Shown one piece after another: positions 37,753 through 50,486 of a stretch of DNA of 64,000 nucleotides (position 1 is the first letter of the stretch; the number at the start of each line of letters is the position of its first letter). Made by a program: the position numbers and the translations under genes. The notes under the pieces were generated by a model. That model was not told the origin of the DNA. It saw only the letters and a program-made list of their open reading frames with translations, and ran no database searches. The DNA lies in the NCBI GenBank assembly GCA_008632985.1, contig QPGO01000157.1, forward strand, positions 62,001-126,000. The letters are read 5' to 3'. Source of the DNA: Psammoneis japonica. Its lineage: Eukaryota.

Positions 37753-40700
37753 ATGAGTGACCTCAGAAATTCATTCGTTGCCAAGCACATGCAACTCGTC
37801 TTCGGGGACAAGCATCTTCATGACCATTGGATGCCGGTGGACCTCTGGGCAGAACATTGCAATGCCAAATTTGGTTTTTCCAATGAGGGTCTCCGCGCAA
37901 TGGGCAGAGAGACAAAGAAGACATGCAAAAACCGAGCTGGAGTGTCAAACTTGACAACAACAAACAACATTGTTGGCGATGGTGTGAGTCTGCACAAGAC
38001 AGAATGCAGTTGTCAGATCAATGGCAAACAAGGCAACCACACATTCTTTCTTGTTGCTGTTGGGGTTCCAGCTGATTTCTTCATCCTCCAACAACTGGGA
38101 ATGACAGTGTTGAAGCTTGGCTGCAAAGTGGGGTGGTCTGGAAACAAGTTGGGAGAGACTCAGTGCAACGAGCAGAAATGCTCACAGAGCATTCGGAGAT
38201 GGATCCTGACATCCAGAACACGGAGAAGGCACAGTGAGCAAAGAAAAAGCAGTGCACTTCAAATGAAAATGAAAATGACGACATGTCCATTGAAGATTTG
38301 GAGTCCACCAGGCAAGACAATGTGCCACGATTCGACCATTGGGATTCTGCTCGAGCCCGTTGCATCTTTGCTCCGCCCTCTGTTTGCCCATCTGATGTCA
38401 ATGTAAAGGCGGCTGCACAAGATGGAATCAACATTCGATCAGCTGTTGTCAGCCATGCCCAAGGGTGCAAATCTGTGTTGCCTGGTCAGGACGACAACAA
38501 TGTGGCTGCCGACTGTGAAAAGGTTGCCATGAGGCATCGTGTGCTGCACATCATGGTGGCACTTCAGACAGTGCTTGACAATCTCAAAGGCAAAGGAAAT
38601 GAGATTGAAGGCAACATGAGTTGGGGTGAGTGTTGTCAACATGCTGTCACCAGACTGAAAGAAGATGGCATCACGGCTGTGTCCAACTGGCAGATGGTTT
38701 AGCGGCGGCATCGTCATTTGGCCGACGCCGGTGATTGCTTTCCTCAAAGCCACAACCAAGGCAAACAACAGCTTCCATCCTTCTTTGCCAAGAATCCTGA
38801 GGTTGAGAATGCATTTGCTTGACACGCAATCAAAAACTTGAAGGAACTGTCGGTCGAATTGATGCACGAGCACCTCCACCAAAAAATCACACCGGCTTTC
38901 ATGCCAAACGCAAAGAAAGACGTTGTGGTGGTGGATGATGAAGACTTTGAACAAGCCATTGATTCCATGGGTGAGTCTCCAGCACTCAGCACAGAAGAGG
39001 AAACTGCAGAGGAAGAAGCCAAGAGTTTGTTTCTCAAACAGCATGAACTCCGCTCACTTTCCATTTCTGCAGCAGCATGCTGGATGCATCTCCTGGGATT
39101 TAGATGCACAAACAGAATGAAAGGATTTCATGTGGATGGTCACGAGAAGCCCGCCACAAAGTTGCATTGAAAGAAGTTTACAAAGGAGTGTCTTGAGTTG
39201 GAGAAAAGGTGCTGCAGGTGGATTCAATTGCCCTTGGACCAGGCGACCGAGCTCATGAACCAATCATCAGTTCTGCATCAGGGTGAAAGCTCTGCACTCA
39301 CTTGGGATGGCAATGTGTTCATCAAGTTTCATGTGGATGACTGCAGCGGTTTCCATGATGTGATTGCGCAATCCGATGACTTGAATGCCAAGCGGCATGG
39401 CGGCCATCAGAGTTTCCACTTTCCCACTGGTGAAAAGCCCATCATCATGTGAGGACAAGATGAGGCTGTCTGTGAACAATTCCTGTTGACTGAGAAGGCG
39501 TGGGTGGGACCCAATGGCGAGATGGCTCTTGTCCCGAAAGACAAAGGTCTGGGTGTTGTGCTGTCTCCACTCACATCTCATGAGTTTGGTTTGTTGTGTG
39601 ATCTCAACAAGGAGCTGCTCAAGTGAGTCAATGAAAAGAGAAGTGAAACCAAGCACAATGACGAGAAAGCAGCAAAAGAAGCCAGGAAAACAAGCCAGGA
39701 AAACAAGCAACAAGAAGGACTTGGAGAAGAGCCCATTCCTGGTGAAATTGGAGCATGGCTCCAATGACGAGGGCTGTTGGAACTGCAATCACATGGCGAC
39801 ACAGTTGGAAGACTGTGTTGATGTGTTGGACGAAATGTGCCCAGAATTTGAGCACGTGTTCTTCTTTGATCACTCGGCAGGTCATGCAAAGCAGAGGGAG
39901 GACAGCTCATCAGTTGACAAGATGAACCTGGGCTGGGGCAGGAAATGCAAAATGAGAGCAAGCAAGCAGGCTCACAGACAAATGCACTGGACAGCATGAC
40001 AATGCTCACAGACTGCAAAGTGGTGAGACACAAGCAATGGCATTCCAGGAGGAAGACAAAGGGCCTCACCTTGTGGCTCTGGAAGAATGACAGTGACGAA
40101 AGCACGACATTGTGACGAGGGAAATCAAGGCCGTTGACAAGCTCAGAGAAGAGCCAGAAAATGATCTGAAGCAAAATGATGCAAGCCATGCAGCTCTCAA
40201 GGGTGCAACCAAAAGGGGTTTGCAAGAAGATTGCAAAAAAGCTGGCATTCCCACAAAGAAGACCATTCCAAAGATGGCACCTGGTTGGATGGGCAAGCCC
40301 AAAGGATTGCTGCAAGTCTTGGTTGAACGTGGGTTGATTGGCGCAAAAGCCTGAAACATGGAAAGGGAGGGACAAAGGACAAGTGTGGGAGCTGCAAGGA
40401 AAATGCCAAGCCCGCAGAGCTGCTTGCCTCCTGCAAAGATTTTGCAAATGAAACAACGCAACTTCAGCATCATGTGAAGCTGCTGGGGGTCCGAGCAATC
40501 TTGACTCCAAAATGCCACATGCCCTCAACCTGTCACAGAAATGAGGGAAAGACAATTTCAAAAAATCAGTTGATTGTTGCTTGTCAGAGGAGGTGTTGAC
40601 GCTTGAGCGCATCTGCAAGTTTGCCAAACGCACAAGACAGTGCACCCAAGCTTGCCATGTGATTGACAATGGACACATGGAGGACACAGAGAGGGTCCAT

Positions 40701-40800
40701 GAATTTGGACCTGTTGTGCTTGACAAGATGATCAAGATGTTGATTTTGAGTCCAAGTTCGTTTGCTGCGTTGCGGAGAACGAGGTTGCAGCGATCTTGGA
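37753..40800 (+). mobile_element. Degenerate IS630-Tc1-mariner-like transposase
   Basis: GQDE, WVGPNG..LVPKDKG, EHGSNDEGCW (from EYG...GYW), FFFDHSAGH, PKGLLQVLVERG, DFANE, TPKCH. Many stops and frameshifts; the segment after PKCH appears deleted. Confidence 0.8.
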
Positions 40801-40984
40801 GTGAGTTTCGGAGCAAATTTTCAAAATCGTGCAGCCACAGCATGATTGCACGGGGACATTTTTATGACGTCAACATGACAATCACTGTCATTGTTAGAGA
40901 GCATGACATTTCATTTTATGCCAGCTCACTGTGCGTGCATCTCTACACCAAGGAGTGTCACGACAAATCCAGTCACAGCTCTAA

Positions 40985-41636
40985 CCCCCGCTCCCCGAAT
41001 CGTGTGCATCGCGCACGATGCACACCGATTCAGACCTCTCGTGCTTTCCCCCCGCCGAGCTTGAACAGGACTGACGGCATAAATCTTGCTAGGGCCACAG
41101 TTAACACAGAGGTTGTTCCTCCCCGAAAGCGAAAAAGAGCCAAGTTCAACCGTTCTTGTCGAAGCTGACATGCAAACATTGGGTGTTTATGGCGGGAAAA
41201 CTTGCGTGGCTTCTACGCGTGTGCACTGTGGGCGATGCACTCAGTACATTTCTACGTCTTTTCTACGTGTGAAATCGCTGTAATTACCCGGATTTGCTTC
41301 CCTCACCCGGAAATGTTTCTAGACAGTACAACGCGGTCGGAAGTTTTCGCGCCTTGTCATCGTGTTGTTGTCGCGCACTTTCCGAGAGGCAGTCAATGAA
41401 ACAATTATTGGAGGACGAGATGAGCCAATCAAACCCTAGAAAAACAGCATAAAGCAAGTCAAGCGTAGTAGAAGACGAGGACGTGTTGATATTTATTAAC
41501 AGAGGCTCTTGAAGAGACAAGTTTTAGCGATAAAGTAGTGCCAAAAAAGACTTCACGTGCATCGCCCACGATGCACGTCAGCGATTTTGGGCGAAGTTCG
41601 CGTGTGCATCGTGCGCAATGCACACCGGGAGCGGGG
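40985..41636. mobile_element. MITE-like TIR element (~650 bp) with repeated palindromes
   Basis: Imperfect TIRs CCCCGCTCCC...GTGTGCAT(C/T)GCGCACGATGCACAC; palindrome GTGCATCG-N4-CGATGCAC (some copies degenerate) near 41004, 41221, 41557 and 41604. Confidence 0.65.
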
Positions 41637-42148
41637 CTACCTAATCACCCTCACGTACCGGTATGACACATTTCTGCACGATTTGGCATTTTTCCATCAA
41701 ATTTCTCATCAACGGTCATTATTTTTTGATAACCGGTGATCAACGGTTTTCTGCACGTTTGAACCCACTCTCCATCGTGAGTCTATGCGTCGACCGATCT
41801 TCGCGCGCGCTCGCACGCACACGAAGGTCTAAATCCATCAAATTCCCATCAACGGTCATTATTCTTTGAAAAACGGTCATCAACTGTTTCCGGCACGTCT
41901 GAATTACATACGTCAGAGTTCGCCGCTTGCGAATTGGGAGCTCTCATGACGCAATTTCTTCTTGATTTTGGGTATGGCCGGTATGGCGCAGTATAGCGCC
42001 ATGGTGCAGTTTTGGGTTCTTTTGGAAAAGTTTGAGGAGCATGCAGTGGGGTGTTTGTTGCCCGTCGCTGTGAAACTGAGAAGCATCCTCAGGGCAAGTT
42101 AAAACGCGTTACACTGGGATCTGAATACAAGTGCCAGTCTACACTCAC

Positions 42149-43892
42149 ATGAGAGGGCAGCACCAAGAACAACGTCGAAAGCAGAAGCGGAGGCGACCAA
42201 AGCATTCACAGGCTAAGAATGTGTCCGTTGCATCCCTTCTATTTCTTTTCGCGGTGGTTGCGCTAGCTGTAGCTCTGCCTTTGTTTCTGTTCTTGTCTAT
42301 ATCATCAAACATGGACTCTTCACAGACGCATCACGATCACGTGTCGGTAGCGGGTGTTGTTGATTCTTCAAGTCGCATGTCGAGTAAACAGAGGCAGCAG
42401 GGAGGCGGAGCAGGATCGATTCGCGGAGAAAAGACTGAAAGCCAGAAACTCGACAGTCCAACAAACGAAGTTACTGGTTTTCTTTCGAGCTACCTCACTC
42501 AGTTGCATGATAGGCTGATCAAAACGGGTAATACCGGCGCAGCTCTAGATATCTGGGAGTCATTCCATAACCTGACAGTCGAGACATTGTATCCGTGGGA
42601 TCAGAAATACCTTGCCAACATGCCGCAGCGACGAGAAGACGGCTCCATCTTTCTGAGCCTAGCATCATATCGCGATGAAAACTGTCTTGCGACTCTTCAA
42701 GGAGCCTACGGAAATGCAAAAAATCCTCATAAGCTGTTTGTTGGACTGGTACAACAGAACTGTGAAACGCATTGTCGATCAGGTGTACTCGAGGGTGGAA
42801 TTATCCAGGATGTTGGACCCGATGACGATTGTCATGCTCTCTTTTGTGATACGCCATTGGGACGCATTCACTGCGAAGCAGGTCGGGTGCGGGTGCTGCA
42901 CGTTCAAGAGAGTGAATCATTAGGTCCATACATGGCGCGCTACTTTGCTTCCAAACTCTGGTATGGCGAAACGTGGTACATGCAGATTGACTCGCACATG
43001 TCGTTTGCTAAAGATTGGGATGAACAAACAGTCGAAATGTTACACAAGGCGCCGTCACCGAAACCCGTCATTTCCCATTATCCACCAGACGCTGATACAG
43101 ACTTTGAACGTGCCAAGACCCGACCAGCGCCCCGTATCTGCGGCCCTATCTTTGCCACATCTGGAATTGAGGCAAATATTGTTCGATTAGAGGGATCGGG
43201 GGTGAGTACTATTACATCAGGCTTTATTGGAATTTAGTTCACTTCTGACAACCACCCCGTCTCTGCCCTATGCCAGGTTTATGACAAGGAACACCTAGAC
43301 ACACCACGGTTTGCGCCATTTGTGGCCGCTGGCTACTTTGCTGCTCATTCTGGTATTCTTAGCGAGGTACCTTTTGACCCTTTTCTCCCGTGGATCTTCA
43401 TGGGCGAGGAGATAATAATGTCGGCGAGAATGTGGACATCCGGATACGACATTTTCTCTCCGACGCATTCGGTGTTGGGCCACATTTACGTCCGTCGACA
43501 CAAACCTAAGTTTTGGGAATCTGGTGAGTTAGTATGAATGCAATGGTAACGCTGGAATGACAGACTATAAAACTCACAGGATTGCTGAAATAGTTGGACG
43601 AGTCTTTTCCAAGCCTGGAATTCACAACCCACTGCAACAGCTTGTCCTAGACCGAGTCAAGACGCAATTATTGTATTCTGAATCTGCTCCAGATAAACTC
43701 AAGACTGGAACCTTATTGACTGCGTTGGAGAAGTACACGATGGGGACGAGGAGAACGATCGAGGAATACCTCAAGATGGTCGGATTAGATCCTAAAACAA
43801 AGACTGTGACACACACTTCTTGGTGCGAACAGGGGCAACCGCCTCCGCAATTCCAACATTTGAAAAAGTTGTACCAGTCCAAGAACAAGTAA
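42149..43892 (+). CDS. GlcNAc-transferase family protein, paralog of 1838-3919, 3 exons
   Basis: Same motifs (IFLSLASYRD, QIDSHM, VPFDPFLPWIFMGEE); introns at ~43202-43276 and 43524-43593. Confidence 0.85.
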
Positions 43893-44162
43893 GCATAGGG
43901 GTTGAGAACCTGGCAACAAAAATAATTCGTTTACTGCTTTTCGTTACCTGCAGGATTAGGGGCAGAAGTAATAACGTTGTCTCAGGGATTGACTTGCCGT
44001 ACTAACGACGGGGCCTACAAGGTCTAGTGAACCTTTCACGCTCCCGAGAAAATAATGGAAGACGGCGTTTCACTCTCTAGTTTAAAGTTATCCACATCAC
44101 AACTTTCGCTTGTACGTTGCTAAGGATAGGCCCATAGCACACACGCTTTTAAGAGCAGAATA

Positions 44163-45304
44163 TTATTGATATGGCAAGTCCGGAGGTTTGGCGACCCTTA
44201 CTCTGGCTGACGGTAGCTTTCTTTTTAAAAAACCAGACGGCTTTTTCATGTTGGCTCTGAACTCTACCCAACAGTCGCCTGCACCAATCATCGAATCCAT
44301 GAGAGTTTCCGGTGGGTCAATGTTTTCCTCCGTACCATCCATCATTACGTCGGCACTTTGCAGTTCTTTCAACGACGATGCCAGTAAAGCATCTTGAGCT
44401 TCTGCGAAGCAACTGCTATACGGCAGGCTTTCATCGCAAATTCGTATATCTAGTCCCCTCCACAAAGCATCATTCTTTATTATCAACTGTCCGTTCTTCC
44501 CAGCTCCGTTGTATCCAATCTTGGCGCAATGAGCTCCATGCTGTACAAGCCTTTTACGCACCATTTCTGTATCGCTGCACCCGAATACCAGAGACGGCAA
44601 CGGAGAGATCGATCTTGCTGTGCTGCTGGGAGGGGACGAATGGCCAAGTTGTGATTCTTGTAAAGTCCCACGACGGGACGACCGAGCGTTGTATTACTCG
44701 ACAGCATGGACAAGAGGGTCGATCCATCGTCATAGTTTGAATCATCGTAGTAAGGCAACGTAATTTCCCGTATGCCACCAGCAGGTTTGCGGTTGTTGCT
44801 GACATCCTGTTTCAACTGAGAATCGTTATTACCGTCAAGCTGTAGGAAGGGCAACCCCCCTCTTGACATTTCTTTTCCAAGAATATGAGAACTTGTGAGA
44901 GCCCCTCCAAACGCCTTTATGAGCGATGACTTCCAGCGCTTGCTTCCATGATGCTCCCTATGGCGTTCCAGAATTGTCATTGCATGGCGGACGCTTTCGA
45001 TGGGCTTTGAAGATTCTTTGTGCTCTGTTATGCCCAACAGTGACAAGATACACGGCTCGCCAATTTCTTCAGTTTTATTCGTTGAAAAAGAAACAAGGTG
45101 AAAAACGGTGCCCGACGTTGGGCATGCCGATGCAACGGAATCAAACATTGATGATGAGCTGCCATTCGCCAACGGCTTCATGTTGAGCACATGCTCGAGA
45201 AATTTCTGCAGGCGCCTGGACGCGACTGAACTTGATGATACCAAGCTAATAACAGGTGAAGCTGACATGATGGAACGCTTCATTATTGCTGGTGTTCTGG
45301 ACAA
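44163..45304 (-). pseudogene. Hypothetical protein with a frameshift near 44600
   Basis: Two overlapping protein-like ORFs (44483-45304, 44163-44600); may be an assembly indel. Confidence 0.4.
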
Positions 45305-45537
45305 GGTATGATTCTGTCTGCAAGGTTCCTAGTAGATAGATTGGAAGGTGGAAGTGATGATGTATCAGAGCTTTTGCTGACTGCGAACTGGGGGTAGGGC
45401 TGTATTGTACAGTAATAACAACTGCGCGGCGGTCATCGCCTTCATTCTTCCAGCTGTGAGGTTGTCTGTTTGAAGTGATGTTGAGCCCCCGAGCTCAACG
45501 ACAGACTTCCTTGACTTTCTTTGGCGACCCACCAAGT

Positions 45538-45810
45538 CTCCTCTCCACTACCCTACTCTACCTAGGCCTACTCTCTATAGCTAGAGTAGAGAGATGATAC
45601 TAGAGAGTAGCATCAAGTAGCTCGCTAGTAGAAGACCCTCACCACTGCAGCGCCTCATCTCTCTTCTAGCTCTAGAGAGTAGCTAGTGGCTCTAGGCCTA
45701 GAGCTCTACGAGTACGGTAGCTAGTAGCGATAGCCCTCGCACTTCTAGCTAGAGACGAGCTTCAAGCTACAACCACCTCTCTGCTCGTACGAGTGTAGCT
45801 CGAGAGTTAA
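45538..45810. repeat. CTAG/TAG/AGCT-rich micro-palindromic tract
   Basis: Dense CTAG, TAGAGAG, CTCTAG, TAGGCCTA and TAGCTA words without a fixed period. Confidence 0.7.
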
Positions 45811-46175
45811 ACTTGAAACCCACAGAGTGAGGAACTAAGACAAATGCCGCTTAATGTTGAGATGCGTAAATACGCAGTGGGATCGCAACTCTTTCTCTCG
45901 CACTCTTCATTGAACACTCTCTTTACTCCCGAGAGAGAAGCTGCTAGGCGTCAAACTCTGACTGCTGCACAACAGATGAAGAGTACATTATATCAAGTTC
46001 AATTTGCGAGGCTATTTCAATCAGCTCATTTCAAGTGGATTTGCAATGAAGCGCACTAGAACTGTTCGAAGCTTCAGAACACACTTGTCAAGTCTTTTGG
46101 ACGAGGAATTGGTGTATATGATCCCCCGAGTATCATGATCACAGTTTGGACTGCAATGAGTAGAGTGTAATTTCT

Positions 46176-48176
46176 CTATAGAATACTCAAGGCTTTCAAT
46201 TTTGCCATGGTTGCCTGTGCTTGCTGGACTGCGTATTCGTTCCTGGGATCTTTTTCCACGGCCAAGTACATCCATTGACCTGTTTCTCGAATGTCATCCA
46301 TGGTCAAAGCCTTGGCGACCAAGAGATTGCTCTCTGTTCTAGAAAGCAAATCAGGTCGAAATCGCTTGTTACTTTCATCATCTCCCTGCGGTTCTCGTTG
46401 TTCTTCAATCACCTCAAGGGCTTCATCTACTATGTCCCTGGCTTCCCGCTTGCGATTCAAATTAAACAGGGCCATGGCATACACGAATGAATTCGAGGGT
46501 CCCGCAACACGGGCAGAACCGATTGGACGCATGACCCTCTCAGCCTCCAAGTATCGACCTTTTAGCGAAAGCTCGTAGCCACAGTTATACATGGTATGAT
46601 GGCTCTGTGGATTGACCTCATAAGCGGATATCCAAAGGTTTATGTTGGAGCTCCACGCCAAATTCCGTTCATGAAGGATCCTTGAAAACCACGTCAGTTG
46701 AATCATGATCAACATGCAGCCCAACCAATACCTACCGTTTTTCTTGCCTCCGCTGGCTCTTTCTGTACATGGCTCATTCGAGGCTTTAGCATTCTCGTTC
46801 TCTGAACAAATGAATACTTTGAACATCAGCGCTTCCAACATGCAGAAACCTAACAATGGAAGATATAAAACGCGGTCCGCTTTCATAAGTCCAACTACTA
46901 CAAGCAGATTGGACGATAACAAAAACGGACTGGCCAGAAATGAGAAAAAGGCCAAAAGCACAACTCTGCGACTTTCAGGTCGAATCATCGACTTGGACGG
47001 AAACACCAACAGATAGCAAACCAACGCTATGAAGAACCACAAGGCAAGGACACCCAGCACTCTTATGTCGTGAATGCTTTCAACAAGCGGAATGCTCGAT
47101 CCCGACCAATCGCAGCACAATTTAGTGGGAAAGATGGCGTCCCATACATACAAACAGTATACCCAGTTTACGGAGAAGACTCTTACAAAACGGTCCTTCG
47201 CAAACCCTGCAGGATTCTGATCTGTAATAAAGTCGGGAGACGATTCTCCATTCAGGTGCATTCTCAATACACACATGAGCAAGGTTTGAACAGCTAGAAC
47301 AGTTGCTCTTCGAAGCAAAGCGAGTAACTCTGGTCTTTGGTCTTTGCGAACGAATCGAACAAAGAACTGTTGGACAGAGCCAATGTTATGGATGCAGTCG
47401 TATGCCACAAGCGTGATCAATGTCGTAGCCCCCTGTTCCTTCGAAAATAGCGATAGTGTCATACAAATCCACGGTATAACATAGATTGAAAACACTGCTT
47501 TGATTTTGTTTTGCAATGTATGTGTTTGACAGGGTGTGTTTTGAGAACTCGCTCCTATGGGTTGCAGAGGATTCTTTTCGCGAGATGTTTCTCTTTCTTT
47601 TGCTTTCCGTTTGCTAGTATCTTGCAGTTGTCGAGAACAGCAGACTTGATTGGCGTATGTTACGAATGCCAGTAACATAAAAAGTGACATGAAGAGCTCC
47701 CCACGGCTCGTGATGTTACTGACAGCCTCGGCGTGGACTGGATGCAATCCAAAGAGCAACCCAGTAATCATTTGCGCAATTACGTCCCCTGTGCTACCGC
47801 CATCAAAGACAAACGCGGCAGCTTCTGTGGTTAATGCAACAACACAGCCATGTAATGCTAGATTCACCAGATGAAAACCAAGAGTCGAGTCAACGCCGTT
47901 CGGATTCGATTCATGAGAAGCTAGCAGCCAGTTGAGACGAAAGGACAAGGTGGTGATCGGACGAAAGGACTTATGACTTGCTGGCTCTTGCAACGAAGTC
48001 CCCCAGAAATCGCGTTGCCAGACTTGTGTCCATGGTACTTGACCGTTAACAACAACGTTGCGACTCACAGAACCGGCATCATCATAAGCGAACGATCCAT
48101 AGAGTGTCTCCACGTCGACGCCATAGGCAACCAGCGTGACAAACGTCGTCCAAAACGAAGGCCGTTTCCAGAACAT
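46176..48176 (-). CDS. TMTC-like protein O-mannosyltransferase (GT-C membrane domain, DUF1736, TPRs)
   Basis: YDD, DFWG...SHKSFRPITTLSFRLN, HPVHAEAV, SKEQG, LCCDWS, ADRVLYLP, RNLAW, then TPR-like helices. Confidence 0.88.
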   Translation of the reverse strand: MFWKRPSFWTTFVTLVAYGVDVETLYGSFAYDDAGSVSRNVVVNGQVPWTQVWQRDFWGTSLQEPASHKSFRPITTLSFRLNWLLASHESNPNGVDSTLGFHLVNLALHGCVVALTTEAAAFVFDGGSTGDVIAQMITGLLFGLHPVHAEAVSNITSRGELFMSLFMLLAFVTYANQVCCSRQLQDTSKRKAKERETSREKNPLQPIGASSQNTPCQTHTLQNKIKAVFSIYVIPWICMTLSLFSKEQGATTLITLVAYDCIHNIGSVQQFFVRFVRKDQRPELLALLRRATVLAVQTLLMCVLRMHLNGESSPDFITDQNPAGFAKDRFVRVFSVNWVYCLYVWDAIFPTKLCCDWSGSSIPLVESIHDIRVLGVLALWFFIALVCYLLVFPSKSMIRPESRRVVLLAFFSFLASPFLLSSNLLVVVGLMKADRVLYLPLLGFCMLEALMFKVFICSENENAKASNEPCTERASGGKKNGRYWLGCMLIMIQLTWFSRILHERNLAWSSNINLWISAYEVNPQSHHTMYNCGYELSLKGRYLEAERVMRPIGSARVAGPSNSFVYAMALFNLNRKREARDIVDEALEVIEEQREPQGDDESNKRFRPDLLSRTESNLLVAKALTMDDIRETGQWMYLAVEKDPRNEYAVQQAQATMAKLKALSIL

Positions 48177-48806
48177 TAGATGACACTTACAATCGCCTCG
48201 AAAATTGCCACCTGAAACCCATCCAGCAGACCTCCCAAGCAATGTAACGGTAAAATCGAAGCAGGGCGCTGTAGTGCGGCCGAAAAATGGTTCCCGCGCG
48301 AATATCGCACTGTTATCAAATCTTTTCGGAAATTTGAACGTCAGCATACCAAGCACGTATGTACAAAAATGAGCATGACGTCACAATGTGAAGGATGGAC
48401 GGATGCACGGCGATCGGCGGGCCTAGTATGTATGGGCCCGCCCTACAGTAGGTAGATCGATCCGTTCCGCGCCGCCAAGGAGGCTGGATACCTACAGTAT
48501 TACTACAAACCGGTAGAGTGCGGAAGCTCATAGGGCTACTTGAAGGTTTACAATGAATGGAGTGACTGCGAATGATCTCTCTAGTCACTCTACTACCGTA
48601 CTCTTGAGCTAAAATATGCTGCAAGAGTTAGATCACCAACTCAATGCCAGTGTGGAAGGCGTACTTGTAGTACGTAGGAAGTGACTACAATTGCATGAAG
48701 CTACTCGAGCCGTAAGAGACGAGGTTAGTTCGTCGATGGGACAGCTTGCTCACGCTGAAAGAACTTTTTCGCTTGACAATGATATGTAGTACTGAACAAA
48801 CTCATA

Positions 48807-49670
48807 CTATTGGTCCCTCGGTCCCTGAAAATTCTGCCTCGCAAAGTACTCCACAACGTCGATTAGGTCTTCAAACACGGGAGCACCCTTGCGCCTCCAC
48901 TCGTCAGCCTCTTCATCACCGAATCTGTCAAGAAGGACTGCATGAAATCCCGCCTCCGTTGCACCAACATAATCTTTTTCATAGTCGTTTCCAATGTGCA
49001 ACACTTCCGAACGAAGCAACGGCGCCGCTTCTGGACCAGCTCGCTGCAAGAGCCAAGGCTCAGCGGCCCGAATGGCTTCGGCAAATATTTCTCCGCGAGG
49101 CTTTTCATATCCTACCTTTTTACTAAAGCAGGTAAAGCTAAGCTCTTCTGCAAGACCAAGCATGGGAAGAATCGAGTCTCCGTATCTTTCGTCAGCGTTG
49201 CTAATGACACCCACCACCATACCGTGTCGATGAGCCCACTTGAGAAACGGTTTTGCATCTGGAAAGGCACTGTAAGTAGCGTGACTACCAAAGATGGAAT
49301 AGATTCGCTGAAACACCATCTCCTCCTGATCGCGAGACATTTCGGCACCACTCAGCTGTAAACAGCGAAGAACACACTCTCGCCACCAGTCCTTTGCGGT
49401 CATGGTTGCATTACCAAAACATGGATGCTTCATTGACGTCTCTTTATATGCCGTGTTGAAGGAAGCGGAGATCTTGCCCACCTCTGTGTGTGATAGCTTA
49501 ATGCCGCACCACGTTGCCGCGTTTCCGTAATGCTCTTCGATCCTTCCACTAAAAGCAACCATCGTTCCTGTAACGTCCATCGTTATGGCTCGAAGGCGCG
49601 GCCTACTGCTCTTTACCGTGCTGAAGGCTGTCCGCGCTGCGGGATGAATTATTCGGGACAGAGTGGCCAT
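48807..49670 (-). CDS. HAD-superfamily hydrolase (HDHD3-like)
   Basis: DVTGT, ISNAD, EKP, HIGND..KD..GA motifs; basic N-terminal targeting-like peptide. Confidence 0.88.
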   Translation of the reverse strand: MATLSRIIHPAARTAFSTVKSSRPRLRAITMDVTGTMVAFSGRIEEHYGNAATWCGIKLSHTEVGKISASFNTAYKETSMKHPCFGNATMTAKDWWRECVLRCLQLSGAEMSRDQEEMVFQRIYSIFGSHATYSAFPDAKPFLKWAHRHGMVVGVISNADERYGDSILPMLGLAEELSFTCFSKKVGYEKPRGEIFAEAIRAAEPWLLQRAGPEAAPLLRSEVLHIGNDYEKDYVGATEAGFHAVLLDRFGDEEADEWRRKGAPVFEDLIDVVEYFARQNFQGPRDQ

Positions 49671-49699
49671 TGTCAAAGGACGCTCAGGTGCAAAACAAC

Positions 49700-49952
49700 T
49701 CATGAGCATCCATGAGCAAATTCCATCTCCACAAATTTTTGGCATGAGCAAATTCCTTTTTTCGAATTTCTACGGAGTTTTCTACTTAGAATCAATACTG
49801 TAAAGGAATTTGCTCACAGATTTCGGGGGAAATGTGGAATTTGCTCATGGGTTTATGGAATCTGCTCATGGTTTTTTTGTCTTGCTCATGGGTTTATGGA
49901 ATCTGCTCATGGTTTTTTTGTCTTGCTCATGGTTTTATGGAATCTGCTCACG
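49700..49952. repeat. GCTCATG motif array, including a 41-bp tandem repeat (~2.7 copies) and inverted copies
   Basis: GCTCATGGGTTTATGGAATCTGCTCATGGTTTTTTTGTCTT repeated from ~49843; CATGAGCA copies at 49701-49750. Confidence 0.75.
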
Positions 49953-50425
49953 ACTTTCTTCGTTGGCTCATCATTGCAGGGCCAGACGACAATGAAGGTC
50001 GACGACTATTTCACTTTTCGCACCCTCCCCATTGACCTCAGTTGCTTCCGTGATATTTTGAAGGAAAAAGACATGGAGGCCGAGTTGGATCCATTCGTTG
50101 CAAAGGTCCGCCAGAAGTACAATGGCCACGCCTCCTTTCTTACATTTCTCTGTGGCATGCGCTACGGCACGAGTCTCCCGCTAGTCTGATTCTTGAACGG
50201 GACCAAGAGACAACAATGTTCCTCAAGAAAAAGATTGCAGACATGATTGGAATTCCGGTTGGACGAGAGCTCCAACTCATTCAGGAGGCTCATCGAAAGT
50301 TGCCATCCGAACCCACCCGTGTCATTCAGGAGCCTGCCTTAGAGCCTGACATGGACCAGCCGCTTTCTAATTCCGCGTGATCCCTTGCTGACAAGCCAGA
50401 CGCTGTGTGTGCTCTACCTACAATA

Positions 50426-50430
<5 letters not shown>

Positions 50431-50476
<46 letters not shown>

Positions 50477-50486
50477 CTCTCTCTCT
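50431..50486. repeat. (CT)n microsatellite
   Basis: Direct inspection. Confidence 0.95.

Larger units (their letters stand above)
35570..40860. other. TpA-depleted hypermutated repeat domain 2
   Basis: TA rare, survivors mostly in TAA/TAG contexts; Tyr->Cys/His in transposase motifs. Confidence 0.88.

Noticed and set aside
15182..40860. Dozens of long overlapping Cys/His-rich ORFs as novel genes or metal-binding proteins
   Set aside because: Explained by loss of TAA/TAG stops and Tyr->Cys/His conversion in transposon DNA.
49843..49952. CRISPR-like array
   Set aside because: Plain 41-bp head-to-tail tandem repeat without spacers.
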